The notes beneath the pieces were generated by a model, which made no database searches, was not told where the DNA came from, and worked only from the letters and a program-made list of their open reading frames with translations. A stretch of DNA of 39,585 nucleotides from an uncultured Rhodobacteraceae bacterium (GTDB lineage Bacteria; Pseudomonadota; Alphaproteobacteria; Rhizobiales; Rhizobiaceae). The DNA lies in the NCBI GenBank assembly GCA_937873685.1, contig CALMYO010000293.1, positions 1 to 39,585 of the forward strand, in the 5' to 3' direction. Position 1 is the stretch's first letter. Every line of letters begins with the position of its first letter. Made by a program: the position numbers and the translations under genes. Below, piece by piece: positions 1 to 9,800 of this stretch.

Positions 1-1
1 C

Positions 2-112
2 GACCGGCCGGGCGGCCGTGACCGCGATCGTGGGGACCGGGGCGATCGTGGCGACCGTCCCGACCGCGGCGATCGTCCGCCGCGTCGCGAATTCCAGGGG
101 GGAGCCGAGTAA
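2..112 (+). CDS. rpsF: 30S ribosomal protein S6, C-terminal end only (5' truncated by window). Arg/Asp-rich DRGDRG repeat tail, stop TAA at 110-112.
   Basis: Frame 2 gives DRPGGRDRDRGDRGDRGDRPDRGDRPPRREFQGGAE*, which is a repetitive acidic/basic tail. It sits immediately upstream of rpsR, matching the conserved rpsF-rpsR order. Confidence 0.55.
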   Translation, partial: DRPGGRDRDRGDRGDRGDRPDRGDRPPRREFQGGAE

Positions 113-361
113 ATGGTCGATATCAACCAGATCCCGACACGCCGGCCGTTCCATCGCCGCCGCAAGACCTGCCCGTTCTCCGGCGCCAACGCACCGAAGA
201 TCGACTACAAGGACGTGCGCCTGCTGCAGCGCTACATTTCGGAGCGCGGCAAGATCGTGCCGAGCCGCATCACCGCCGTCAGCCAGAAGAAGCAGCGTGA
301 ACTCGCCCAGGCGATCAAGCGCGCCCGCTTCCTCGGCCTGTTGCCCTACGTGATCCGCTGA
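113..361 (+). CDS. rpsR: 30S ribosomal protein S18
   Basis: 82 aa with the S18 motifs [60 protein letters not shown]. The ATG directly abuts the rpsF stop. Confidence 0.95.
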   Translation: MVDINQIPTRRPFHRRRKTCPFSGANAPKIDYKDVRLLQRYISERGKIVPSRITAVSQKKQRELAQAIKRARFLGLLPYVIR

Positions 362-503
362 TCGCTGCGGGTGGGCGGAATTCCGCCCCCCGTTTTTCGG
401 CGACCGCGATCGGCGCGGTCGCTTTTCGACCAAATCCGAGTTGGGGTGGCATTGCCCCTAACTGCAAACGGGGCAAGGCTCCCGGCAGGACAGCGAAACG
501 ACC

Positions 504-1499
504 ATGACGTCAAACGCCCTCATCATCGGCCTGATCGCTGGCGCGGCATCCGCGCTGCTGGCGCTGAGCGCAGCGTCGGGCACGGCGCTGTCGTTTGTGC
601 TCTACGTGCTCTCGCCTGCGCCGCTGCTGACCGCCATGCTCGGCTGGGGCGCGCGCGCTGGCGCCATTGCCGCCATCGTTGCCGTTGCGCTCGCCGCGCT
701 TTTGGCGTTCTCCATGTTCGGCACCGCCAAGCTCGGTGTGTTCGTCGCGCTTGTGGTCGCCTCGCCCGCCCTGGTCGCCGGCTATTACCTCGGACTTGCG
801 CGCCCGGCCGGAGAGGTCGGCGGACCGAACGGCTCCCTCGCCTGGTTTCCGCTCGGCGGCGCGCTTTTCGGAGGCTTTGTCGCCATCGGCTTCGGGGTTT
901 TCGCGTTGTTCCTCTTGTTTGGCGTCAGTGAGGACGTCTTGCGCGAAGCCGTTTCGGCGATGGTGCAGGGGTTGCGCGAAGCCAACCCGCAAACCGTGAT
1001 CGACGACGCCGACGAGGCGGCGTTGCAAGATTCTGTTTTGGCGATCCTTCCCGGCGCCACCGCCTTCGCGTTCAGCATGGTTTTTTCGCTTTGCGTGTAT
1101 GTCGCGCTTTTCGCCACAAGGGTTTCGGGGCGTCTGCCTCGCCCCCGCGACGAATGGCCGGCGATGCTGCGAATGCCGCGTGCGGCCCTTGTGCTTCTTG
1201 CGCTTGCATTCGCCGGCGACCTGCTGCTTCCGGGCATGGCCGCGAAACTGTCATCTGCCCTGTCGGGTGCGCTCAGCGCCGGATTTCTGCTGGCCGGGTT
1301 GGCGCGTCTGCATCACCTGACGCGGGGCAAGCCGGTTCGCCCCCTTGTGCTCTGGGTAACTTATGTCGCAATCGCGCTGATCGCCTTGCCGGCGTTTGCG
1401 CTGTTCATTTTCGGGCTGCTCGACACACGCCCGACCCCTTTGCTGCTGTCTCAAGCCGCTTCCCAGGGACAATCGATTCCAACACAACGAAAGGACTGA
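504..1499 (+). CDS. Polytopic inner-membrane protein, DUF2232-like, that sits between rpsR and rplI in alphaproteobacteria
   Basis: 331 aa, almost entirely hydrophobic Ala/Leu/Gly-rich helices. The position between S18 and L9 genes is conserved. Confidence 0.8.
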   Translation: MTSNALIIGLIAGAASALLALSAASGTALSFVLYVLSPAPLLTAMLGWGARAGAIAAIVAVALAALLAFSMFGTAKLGVFVALVVASPALVAGYYLGLARPAGEVGGPNGSLAWFPLGGALFGGFVAIGFGVFALFLLFGVSEDVLREAVSAMVQGLREANPQTVIDDADEAALQDSVLAILPGATAFAFSMVFSLCVYVALFATRVSGRLPRPRDEWPAMLRMPRAALVLLALAFAGDLLLPGMAAKLSSALSGALSAGFLLAGLARLHHLTRGKPVRPLVLWVTYVAIALIALPAFALFIFGLLDTRPTPLLLSQAASQGQSIPTQRKD

Positions 1500-1502
1500 A
1501 CC

Positions 1503-2099
1503 ATGGACGTGATTTTACTCGAACGCATCGCCAAGCTCGGCCGCATGGGCGAAACAGTGAAGGTGCGCGACGGCTATGCACGCAACTTCCTGCTGCCACA
1601 GGGCAAGGCGCTGCGCGCCAATGCCGCAAACCTGAAGCGCTTCGAGGCACAGCGCGCCGATCTGGAAGCCCGCAACGAAGAGCGCAAGGGCGAGGCATCG
1701 GCCATCTCCGCCGATCTGAACGGCAAGACCTTCGTCGTCGTGCGCGCTGCCGGCGAGACCGGCCAGCTCTACGGGTCGGTGTCATCGCGCGATATCGCCG
1801 AGTTCCTCACCGGCGAGGGCTTCAAGGTCGGCCGCAACCAGGTCGATCTCAAGGCGCCGATCAAGGCGATTGGCCTGCATGTGGTCGATCTCGCTCTGCA
1901 CCCCGAGGTCGAGACGCAGGTCACGCTGAACGTCGCCCGCTCCGCCGATGAAGCCGCGCGCCAGGAAGCCGGCGAAAAGCTGGACAGCGCCGCCGCGATC
2001 TATGGCATCGACGAGGACGAGAACGCTGACCGTGTCGATCCGGACATGGAGGAGGCGGCCGCCGAAATCGCCGCCGAGGCCGAGGCCGCCAAAGGCTGA
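1503..2099 (+). CDS. rplI: 50S ribosomal protein L9
   Basis: N-terminus [36 protein letters not shown] is the L9 signature. Acidic Ala/Glu-rich C-terminal extension. Ends 198 aa. Confidence 0.95.
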   Translation: MDVILLERIAKLGRMGETVKVRDGYARNFLLPQGKALRANAANLKRFEAQRADLEARNEERKGEASAISADLNGKTFVVVRAAGETGQLYGSVSSRDIAEFLTGEGFKVGRNQVDLKAPIKAIGLHVVDLALHPEVETQVTLNVARSADEAARQEAGEKLDSAAAIYGIDEDENADRVDPDMEEAAAEIAAEAEAAKG

Positions 2100-2165
2100 T
2101 TGTCCCATCGCGGCGGCTGCCAGGCAGGCGACGCCGCGATACCGTCGACCGTCCCTGATTTTGTT

Positions 2166-2200
2166 GGCGTCGCAGCCCTGACGAGACAGGCAGCGACGCC
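2166..2200 (+). terminator. Stem-loop downstream of rplI (GGCGTCGC..19 nt..GCGACGCC); no U-tract
   Basis: Perfect 8-bp inverted repeat seen directly. Weak as an intrinsic terminator because no T-run follows. Confidence 0.3.
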
Positions 2201-2404
2201 CGGCCGGGCGAAAAAGCGCTTCCGCGCGCCCTCGATCCGATTCGCGGAGCGCGTGGGTCGATTGCGGAATTGCGCAACGTGTCAATCCTGTATTGTGTTG
2301 ACTCTCGTCATGGACCGAATCGGCCTGTGCATGACTGTGAATAACGGGTAGCGAGGTTGGTGCGCCACCCATTCGTCGCCCGAAAGATCCTAGATGGGAG
2401 GACG

Positions 2405-3910
2405 ATGACGGACAGGACCATGGCCCAGGCAGCAATCAGTTTCCCCGCCCGCAAGGATGCGCTCTATCGCGAGGCGCCGAACAACATCGAGGCCGAGCAG
2501 GCGCTGCTCGGCGCCATCCTCGTTAACAACGACGCTTTTTATCGCGTCTCCGATTTCCTGAAGCCGGAACATTTTCACGAGCCGCTCCACCGCAAGATCT
2601 TCGCCGTGGGCGGCGACCAGATCCGCTTGGGCAAGACCTGCAATCCGGTGACGATCAAGACCTTCCTGCCGGCCGACGAGCGGGTGGGCGAGATGACCGT
2701 CTCGCAGTATCTCGCCCGTTTGGCGGCCGAGGCGGTGACTGTCATCAATGCCGAGGATTACGGCCGCGCGATCTACGATCTCGCCATCCGCCGCGCCCTG
2801 ATCGGCATCGGCGAGGACATGGTCAACATCGCCTATGATGCCCCGGTGGAAATGGGACCGGGCGCGCAAATCGAGGATGCCGAACGCCGCCTGTTCGAGC
2901 TGGCCGAGACCGGTCGCTACGATGGCGGTTTCCAGCCCTTCACTGACGCGGTGCGCAATGCGATCGACATGGCGAACGCCGCCTTCCAGCGCGACGGGCA
3001 CCTGTCGGGCGTCTCAACCGGCATGCGTGCGCTGGATGCGCGCATGGGCGGGCTGCAGTCCTCCGATCTGATCATCCTTGCCGGCCGCCCGGGCATGGGC
3101 AAGACGTCGCTTGCCACCAACATCGCCTTCAACATCGCCAACGACTATCGCGGCGCGCAACAGGCCGACGGTTCGATGAAGGCAGTTGACGGCGGCGTGG
3201 TTGGTTTCTTCTCGCTTGAAATGTCATCGGAACAGCTGGCGACCCGCATCATCTCCGAGCAGACTGAAATCCCGTCGTCCAAAATCCGCCGCGGCGAGAT
3301 CACCGAGGCCGATTTCGAGAAGCTGGTCGCCTGCTCCAACATGATGAGCCGCATCCCGCTGTTCATCGACCAGACCGGCGGCATCTCGATTGCGCAGCTT
3401 GCGGCGCGAGCGCGGCGTCTCAAGCGCCAGCGCGGCCTCGATGTGATGGTGATCGACTACGTGCAGTTGATGACCGGCTCTTCGCGCCGCGCCTCGGAAA
3501 ACCGCGTGCAGGAAATCACCGAGATCACCACCGGGCTGAAGGCGCTGGCGAAGGAATTGCAGGTGCCGATCATCGCGCTGTCGCAGTTGTCGCGAGCGGT
3601 GGAAAGCCGCGACGACAAGCGCCCGCAATTGTCGGACCTGCGCGAATCCGGTTCGATCGAGCAGGACGCCGACGTGGTGCTGTTCGTCTATCGCGAGGAA
3701 TACTACCTGAAGAACAAGGAGCCGAAACCCGGCACCGAGGAATACTTCAAGTGGGAGGCGGAGATGAACGAGGCGCGCGGCAAGGCGGAAGTCATCATCG
3801 CCAAGCAGCGCCACGGTCCGACCGGCACAGTGCCGCTCGGCTTCCAGGCCGAGTTCACGCGCTTCTCCGATCTCGCCGAAGAAAGCCATTTGCCAGAGCG
3901 GTTCGAATAA
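2405..3910 (+). CDS. dnaB: Replicative DNA helicase DnaB. Start ambiguous: ATG 2405, ATG 2420 or TTG 2357.
   Basis: NIEAEQALLGAIL N-terminal motif, Walker A GRPGMGKTS, Walker B DVMVIDYVQLM, and C-terminal RHGPTG arginine finger region. GGGAGGA lies upstream. Confidence 0.9.
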   Translation: MTDRTMAQAAISFPARKDALYREAPNNIEAEQALLGAILVNNDAFYRVSDFLKPEHFHEPLHRKIFAVGGDQIRLGKTCNPVTIKTFLPADERVGEMTVSQYLARLAAEAVTVINAEDYGRAIYDLAIRRALIGIGEDMVNIAYDAPVEMGPGAQIEDAERRLFELAETGRYDGGFQPFTDAVRNAIDMANAAFQRDGHLSGVSTGMRALDARMGGLQSSDLIILAGRPGMGKTSLATNIAFNIANDYRGAQQADGSMKAVDGGVVGFFSLEMSSEQLATRIISEQTEIPSSKIRRGEITEADFEKLVACSNMMSRIPLFIDQTGGISIAQLAARARRLKRQRGLDVMVIDYVQLMTGSSRRASENRVQEITEITTGLKALAKELQVPIIALSQLSRAVESRDDKRPQLSDLRESGSIEQDADVVLFVYREEYYLKNKEPKPGTEEYFKWEAEMNEARGKAEVIIAKQRHGPTGTVPLGFQAEFTRFSDLAEESHLPERFE

Positions 3911-3911
3911 C

Positions 3912-5036
3912 GTGCATGCCCGCCTGATGATCGACCTTTGCGCGCTTGCCGAAAACTGGCGCGCGATGGCGAAACGCTCTAACCCGGCGCGCTGCGGAGC
4001 GGCCGTGAAGGCCGATGCTTACGGTCTCGGTCTCGAGCCGGCCATGCGCGCGCTTGCCGCCGCCGGCTGCCAAGATTTTTTCGTTGCAACAGTGGACGAG
4101 GCGGCGCGCGCGCGCGCGATCGCGCCGGGTGCGGAAATCTTTGTCCTGAACGGGGTCAGCCGCGGCGAGACGGCGCAGGCGCTGCGTGTCAGCGCTGTTC
4201 CGGTGCTTGCCAGTATGGCGCAGGTCGCCGTCTGGAAGGCGGCGGCCGCGCAGGCGGGGCGGCCGCTGACCTGCGCACTGCAGGTCGATACCGGCATGAA
4301 CCGGCTTGGCGTGACCCGCGCCGAAGCCATGGCGCTGGCCGCCGATCCCGCCTTCCGGGCGGCTTTGGATCTCCGTCTCGTCATGAGCCACCTGGCCTGC
4401 GCCGACGAACCTGGAGATCCGATGACCGCCGGTCAACTGGAGTTGTTCCGGCCGGTCGCTGCGGCATTCGATCATGTTCCGAAAAGCCTGTGCAACTCTG
4501 CGGGCGTCTTTCTCGGCGGCGATTTCCTGTTCGATCTCACGCGTCCCGGCATCGCGCTCTACGGCGGCGAGGCGGTGAACGGCATGGCGCCGCTGAAACC
4601 GGTCGTCACCGCACAGGCACGCATCGTCCAGATTCGCCACGCCAAGGCGGGCGAGACCGTCGGCTATGGCGCGGCGCACCGGTTGGAGCGCGATTCGCGC
4701 CTGGCGGTCTGCGCGGTCGGTTACGCGGACGGCTATCTGCGCGCGGGGTCCGGCAGCGGTGTAGGGCTGCGTCAAACGGTGAAGCAAGGCGCGCGCGGTT
4801 GGATCGCCGGCGCATACGTCCCGGTTGTCGGCCGCATCTCGATGGACCTGACCGTGTTCGATCTGACGGACCTGCCCGAGGGCACGGTGCAGGCGGAGGA
4901 CTGGGTGGAGCTTCTCGGCCCGCATGTTGCGCTGGACGATGCGGCGCGCGCCGCCGGAACCATCGGCTACGAGCTGCTCACAAGTCTCGGCCGGCGGTAC
5001 TGCCGGCAATACACGGGCGACTTTGAGGGCGGCTGA
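3912..5036 (+). CDS. alr: Alanine racemase (GTG start at 3912, or ATG at 3927)
   Basis: AAVKADAYGLG PLP-lysine motif and a C-terminal ...GRISMDL... region. Immediately downstream of dnaB, as in many Rhizobiales. Confidence 0.9.
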   Translation: MHARLMIDLCALAENWRAMAKRSNPARCGAAVKADAYGLGLEPAMRALAAAGCQDFFVATVDEAARARAIAPGAEIFVLNGVSRGETAQALRVSAVPVLASMAQVAVWKAAAAQAGRPLTCALQVDTGMNRLGVTRAEAMALAADPAFRAALDLRLVMSHLACADEPGDPMTAGQLELFRPVAAAFDHVPKSLCNSAGVFLGGDFLFDLTRPGIALYGGEAVNGMAPLKPVVTAQARIVQIRHAKAGETVGYGAAHRLERDSRLAVCAVGYADGYLRAGSGSGVGLRQTVKQGARGWIAGAYVPVVGRISMDLTVFDLTDLPEGTVQAEDWVELLGPHVALDDAARAAGTIGYELLTSLGRRYCRQYTGDFEGG

Positions 5037-5140
5037 TTATACCGCGCCGGCCCGACGAACATCGAACTCAGTGACCGTACTTTGACTTGTCACATCATCG
5101 CGCCATGTTGAACCCATAGCCGAAACCGGGAGAACAGGCG

Positions 5141-6022
5141 ATGACAGCCCATCCGCAAATCACGCAGCAGATGATCGACCTCTACGACGAATACACCCAC
5201 CTGACGCTCGATCGCCGCGGCTTCATGGCGAAGCTGACGGCCCTGACGGGCTCCGGCGCAGCGGCCGCAGCCGTGCTGCCCTTGATCGCCGCCAACAGCG
5301 CGCATGCGGCGATCGTTCCGCCAGACGACGCGCGCGTGAAAGCCGCCGACATCTCGTTTGCAGGCGCAACCGGCGACATGAAAGGGTATCTCGTCACCCC
5401 GGCCAACGCGACCGGCAAGCTCGGCGCGGTCATCGTGATCCACGAGAATCGCGGCCTCAATCCGCATACCCGCGATGTGGCGCGACGCATGGCCCTGGAA
5501 GGCTTCGTTGCGCTTGCTGTCGATTTCCTGTCGCCCGCCGGCGGCACGCCTGACGACGAGGACAAGGCGCGCGAGATGATCGGCCAGCTCAATCCGCCTG
5601 ATACAGTCGCGAATGCGGTTGCGGCAGTGAAATTCCTGGAAGGCCATGAGGCGGTGAACGGGAAGGTCGGCGCTGTCGGCTTTTGCTGGGGGGGCGGCAT
5701 GGTCAACGCGCTCGCCGTCGCCTCACCCGATCTTGACGCCGGCGTCGCCTATTACGGTCGTCAGGCGGCAGCCGCCGATGTGGCGAAAATCGCCGCACCG
5801 CTGATGCTGCACTACGCCGGCCTTGACGAACGTATCAACGCCGGTATCGCCGACTACGAAGCGGCGCTGAAGGCGGCGGGGAAGGATTACGTCATCCACA
5901 TGTATGACGGGGCCAATCACGCCTTCAACAACGACACATCGCAGGCCCGCTACAACAAGGAAGCCGCCGATCTCGCCTGGGGCCGCACGGTCGCGTTCTT
6001 CAGGGAGCAGCTCTCGGATTGA
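5141..6022 (+). CDS. Dienelactone hydrolase family protein (carboxymethylenebutenolidase-like) with Tat signal peptide
   Basis: Twin-arginine motif DRRGFMAKL followed by a hydrophobic region and AHA cleavage site. DLH-fold motifs VIVIHENRGLNPHTRDVARRMALEGFVALAVDF and GFCWGG. Confidence 0.85.
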   Translation: MTAHPQITQQMIDLYDEYTHLTLDRRGFMAKLTALTGSGAAAAAVLPLIAANSAHAAIVPPDDARVKAADISFAGATGDMKGYLVTPANATGKLGAVIVIHENRGLNPHTRDVARRMALEGFVALAVDFLSPAGGTPDDEDKAREMIGQLNPPDTVANAVAAVKFLEGHEAVNGKVGAVGFCWGGGMVNALAVASPDLDAGVAYYGRQAAAADVAKIAAPLMLHYAGLDERINAGIADYEAALKAAGKDYVIHMYDGANHAFNNDTSQARYNKEAADLAWGRTVAFFREQLSD

Positions 6023-6176
6023 CGCGAACCGGCGCGCGGCGGCGATGCTGTCGTTGCGCCTATCCAGGAGCGCGACATGCGGTTCTTTTCGGTTGCGTGA
6101 ACAATCAACCGCGGGCAACACCATGCCGAGATCGCCTGTTCGGGCGATCGCCTTCAATTGACGGGGTCTGTGCAAA

Positions 6177-6833
6177 ATGGATGAAGATGCGATCTGGTAC
6201 TTCGACTACTTGTCGCCTTTCCCCTACCTGCAATTGGCGCGTTTCGGCGAGTTGCCCGACGGGCTGCGGATCAAGCCGACGCCGGTTCTTTTCGCAGCAA
6301 TGCTAAACCATTGGGGCCACAAGGGGCCGGCCGAGATCCCGGCTAAAAAGCGCCAGACATATTTTTATTCGTGTTGGCTGGCCGAACAGCGCAACTTGCC
6401 GTTCGCGGGCCCTCCGCACCATCCCTTCAACCCATTGGCAGTGCTCCGGTTGACCATTGCCGCGGGCTCGGGGATCGATTGCGTACGCATGATCTATGAG
6501 CGGATCTGGGGAGAAGGCGCGAACCCTGAATCGCCGGAAACGCTGGCACGGCTGGCGGCCGAACTCGGCATTGCCGACGCACAGGTGGTTCTGGTCGATC
6601 ACAAAGTCAAGGAGACTTTGCGCGTCAATACCCAACAGGCAATTGCCGCGGGCGTTTTTGGCGTGCCCACCTTCTTGTGCGACGGCGAACTGTTCTGGGG
6701 CGATGATTCGACGTCGCTCTTCCTGGCGTTCCTGAAGGATCGCGAGATGTTCAGGCGCGATCCCTATCTGCGTCTTGGCCAGATATCGGCCTCGGCGGAG
6801 CGCGTGGCCGGCGTGGCGAAAACGACCGCCTGA
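6177..6833 (+). CDS. 2-hydroxychromene-2-carboxylate isomerase family protein (DsbA-like thioredoxin fold)
   Basis: Start WYFDYLSPFPYL is typical of the HCCA isomerase/DsbA-like family, and the C-terminus has GVFGVPTF. 218 aa. Confidence 0.8.
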   Translation: MDEDAIWYFDYLSPFPYLQLARFGELPDGLRIKPTPVLFAAMLNHWGHKGPAEIPAKKRQTYFYSCWLAEQRNLPFAGPPHHPFNPLAVLRLTIAAGSGIDCVRMIYERIWGEGANPESPETLARLAAELGIADAQVVLVDHKVKETLRVNTQQAIAAGVFGVPTFLCDGELFWGDDSTSLFLAFLKDREMFRRDPYLRLGQISASAERVAGVAKTTA

Positions 6834-6873
6834 TACCGCAAACCGTGCCAAGCCACGGGACGCAGGAAAACGG

Positions 6874-9800
6874 TCACGCCACCGCCGCGCTTCGGGTCGC
6901 GTCGCCGAGCCAGTGCGCGACCTTTTTTGTCAGCGCATCGGGGCTGATCGGCTTGGACAGGTAGTCGTCCATGCCGGCCTCCAGGCATTTTTCCTTGTCG
7001 CCCTTCAGCGCATGTGCGGTAACCCCGATGATGGTGACATGACCCCCGCTTTCGGCTTCGCGCATGCGGATGGTTTCGGTTGCTTCCAGCCCGTTCATTT
7101 CGGGCATCGACACATCCATCAGGATCAGGCGCGGGTTCTTTCGCGCCCACACATCGACGGCCTGCTTGCCGTCTTCGGCGATTTCGAAAGCGTAGCCGGT
7201 GTCGATCAGGATCTGAGAGAACACCAGCTGATTCACCTCGTTGTCTTCGGCAACGAGTATGTCGAGCGGGCGCGGATTGTGCGCCGGGCGGTCATCCTGG
7301 CGCGGCGGCGCCGCGATGGCGGCAATAGTCGCCGTGTGTTGCGGCGCAAATGTCGCCGCAATCGCCGGTTCCGGGGCGATGGGAGCGGCGGAGGGTTGGG
7401 AAGGCACGGACACGGAAGGAACCGGCAATACGGCCGCCGGAGCCACAGGGGTGACGGATGTGACAGGCGCGGCGACCGGCGCTGCCGGGTGCGCAGGTGC
7501 TGCATTCGATGCGGTTGGCGCTACCGGGTGCGCGGGTTCGGCACCGTGGGCTGGCGGCGTGGCGGCGGACTGCCCGCGCGGGGCGATCGGCGGTGTCGAG
7601 TGTACCGTCGCTTCCGCAACGATCGAAGGCTGATCGATCGCGGATTCCCGAACGGGCGCGCCTTGCCCGCGCATCCTGCCGTCATGGATCGCATGCGTGA
7701 TCGCCTCCAGCAAGGCCGAGGACCGCGCCGGCTTGGTCAGGTGTTCGCAAATGCCGAGCGCCTTGAGCTCCGATGCTTTCAGTGCGGTGTCAACGGAAGT
7801 CAGCAGCACGATTGGCGTTCCAGAAAGGCGGATGTCAGCGCCGATCGCGGCGGCGACTTCGGCGCCGTTCATGCCGGGCATCTGGTAGTCGAGCACCACG
7901 CAGTCCACCGTGTAGCCCAGACGGTGCGCCTCGCGCAGGATGTGCAGTCCCTCCAGGCCGGAAGACGCCGCACAGCTGTCGAAGCTCCACGCAGTCATCT
8001 GCTCCATCAGGATGGAACGGTTGACCGCGTTGTCATCGATGATGACGATGTTGGCTCCGGTGACATCCATCGGCGCCTGCTTTTTCATGGTGATGTCTCC
8101 GTCGTAGGGGAGGGTGATCGTGAACCAGAAGGTGGAACCTTCGTTCTCGGCGCTTTGCACGCCGATCGAGCCACCCATCAACCGGATGATCGCAGAGGAA
8201 ATGGCAAGTCCGAGGCCCGTACCCTCGTGCTTGCGGGTCGACGAGGTATCGACCTGTTGGAATTTTTCGAAGATGGCTTTCTGCTTGCCATCCGGAATGC
8301 CGCAACCGGTGTCGATCACCTTGAAGGTGAGTTCCGTTTGAGCGTCGCGGATTTGGCCGGACACGTCGACCAGCACATGGCCGACATCGGTGAATTTCAC
8401 CGCATTGCCCATCAGGTTGGTGACCACCTGCCGCAACCGCCCGACGTCGCCGATGAAGATCTCCGGCAAATCGGGCTGGACGCGCACGATCATCTCCAGA
8501 TCCTTCTCGCGCACCCGCGCCGACATCAGGGTCGCCACATCGGAAACAGCGTCGGACAGATTGAACGGCGCCGGATCGAGCGTCATCTGCCCGGCGTCGA
8601 TCTTGGAGAAATCGAGGATGTCGTTGATGATCGTCAGAAGGGCGTTGCCGGACTTGACGATAACGTCGGTGAAGGTCTTCTGTTTCGGATCGAGTTCGGT
8701 CGAGGCAAGCAGTTCCGCCATGCCGAGCACGCCGTTCATCGGCGTGCGGATCTCGTGGCTCATGTTGGCGAGGAACTCGCTTTTGGCGCGGTCCGCGAGT
8801 TCCGCCGCCTCTTGCGCCTTCTTCAGTTCGCTGATGTCGAAATAGCTGAGAAGCCTCTTGCCGCCGGAGAGCTCGGCGATCGAGAATACGAGCGTCGTTC
8901 CGTCGTCGCGCCGCATCTCGCGCGGTTCTAGCGATCCCGCCATGACTTCGCGCAGACGATCGTCTACATGCGTTTCCCAGTCCGCATCGGAAACATCGAC
9001 AAGCCCACGCTCGCGGCAGACGTCGAGATGACGCCGGAAGGGGCAGCCCTGCGGCAGATCGACGGCTTCGAGTCCCCAAATGTGGAGATAGGCTGGATTG
9101 ACCAGCATCGTTTCCAGATTTTCGTCCAGCACGACGACGCCCATGCGCATGATGTCGATCGTGCGCTTCATGTCGTCCAGCGTCGCATCGGTGCGGGCGT
9201 TCGCTTCCTCAAGCTGGCCGATGAGCGACTGCATGTCCTTCAAAAGTCGGTCGGCCCTGGCCTGTTCGGCGCGCAATTCGTTTTCACGCTGCCGCACCTC
9301 TGTGATGTCCACCCATACGCCGATATAGAGCCCTTCCTCGGTGCGATGGTCGAACACCTTGAACCACTGCCCGTCGGCGCCCAGCCGCTCATACTCCCCA
9401 TTGGCGGCGCGATAGCTCGCCAGCCGCGCCTCTATCCATGCCTGGCGATCTGTGTCGTAGAGGGCGTCGACCTGTGAATCGCCGGTGTCGCGCCACAATC
9501 CTGCGGCATGGGCGGCTTCCACGGCGTCGCGCAGGGATTTGCCCGGCGCCATGGCTGTCGCAATGGCCGGCGCCACCTCGAAAGCCTTCTTGTTGGCAAG
9601 CACGAAGCGGTCATCGGCATCGTAGATGATCACCGATGCGGGCATGTTCTCGATGACCTGCTCGATCGTGCGCCGCATGCGGGCGAGTTCCTGGTCGCGC
9701 CTGACGCGATCCGTGATGTCCGTGGTCGATCCGATCAGATAGGTGGCGCCGTCGGATGTCGTCATCACCCCTTTGCGGGCGATGGAGTGTCTCGTGCTGC

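Noticed and set aside
371-931. 186-aa Arg-rich ORF
   Set aside because: Alternate frame of the DUF2232 membrane-protein gene.
6775-9079. 718-aa plus-strand and 348-aa minus-strand ORFs
   Set aside because: Antisense or alternate-frame ORFs inside the 1888-aa histidine kinase gene, whose own frame has HisKA, HATPase and receiver motifs.
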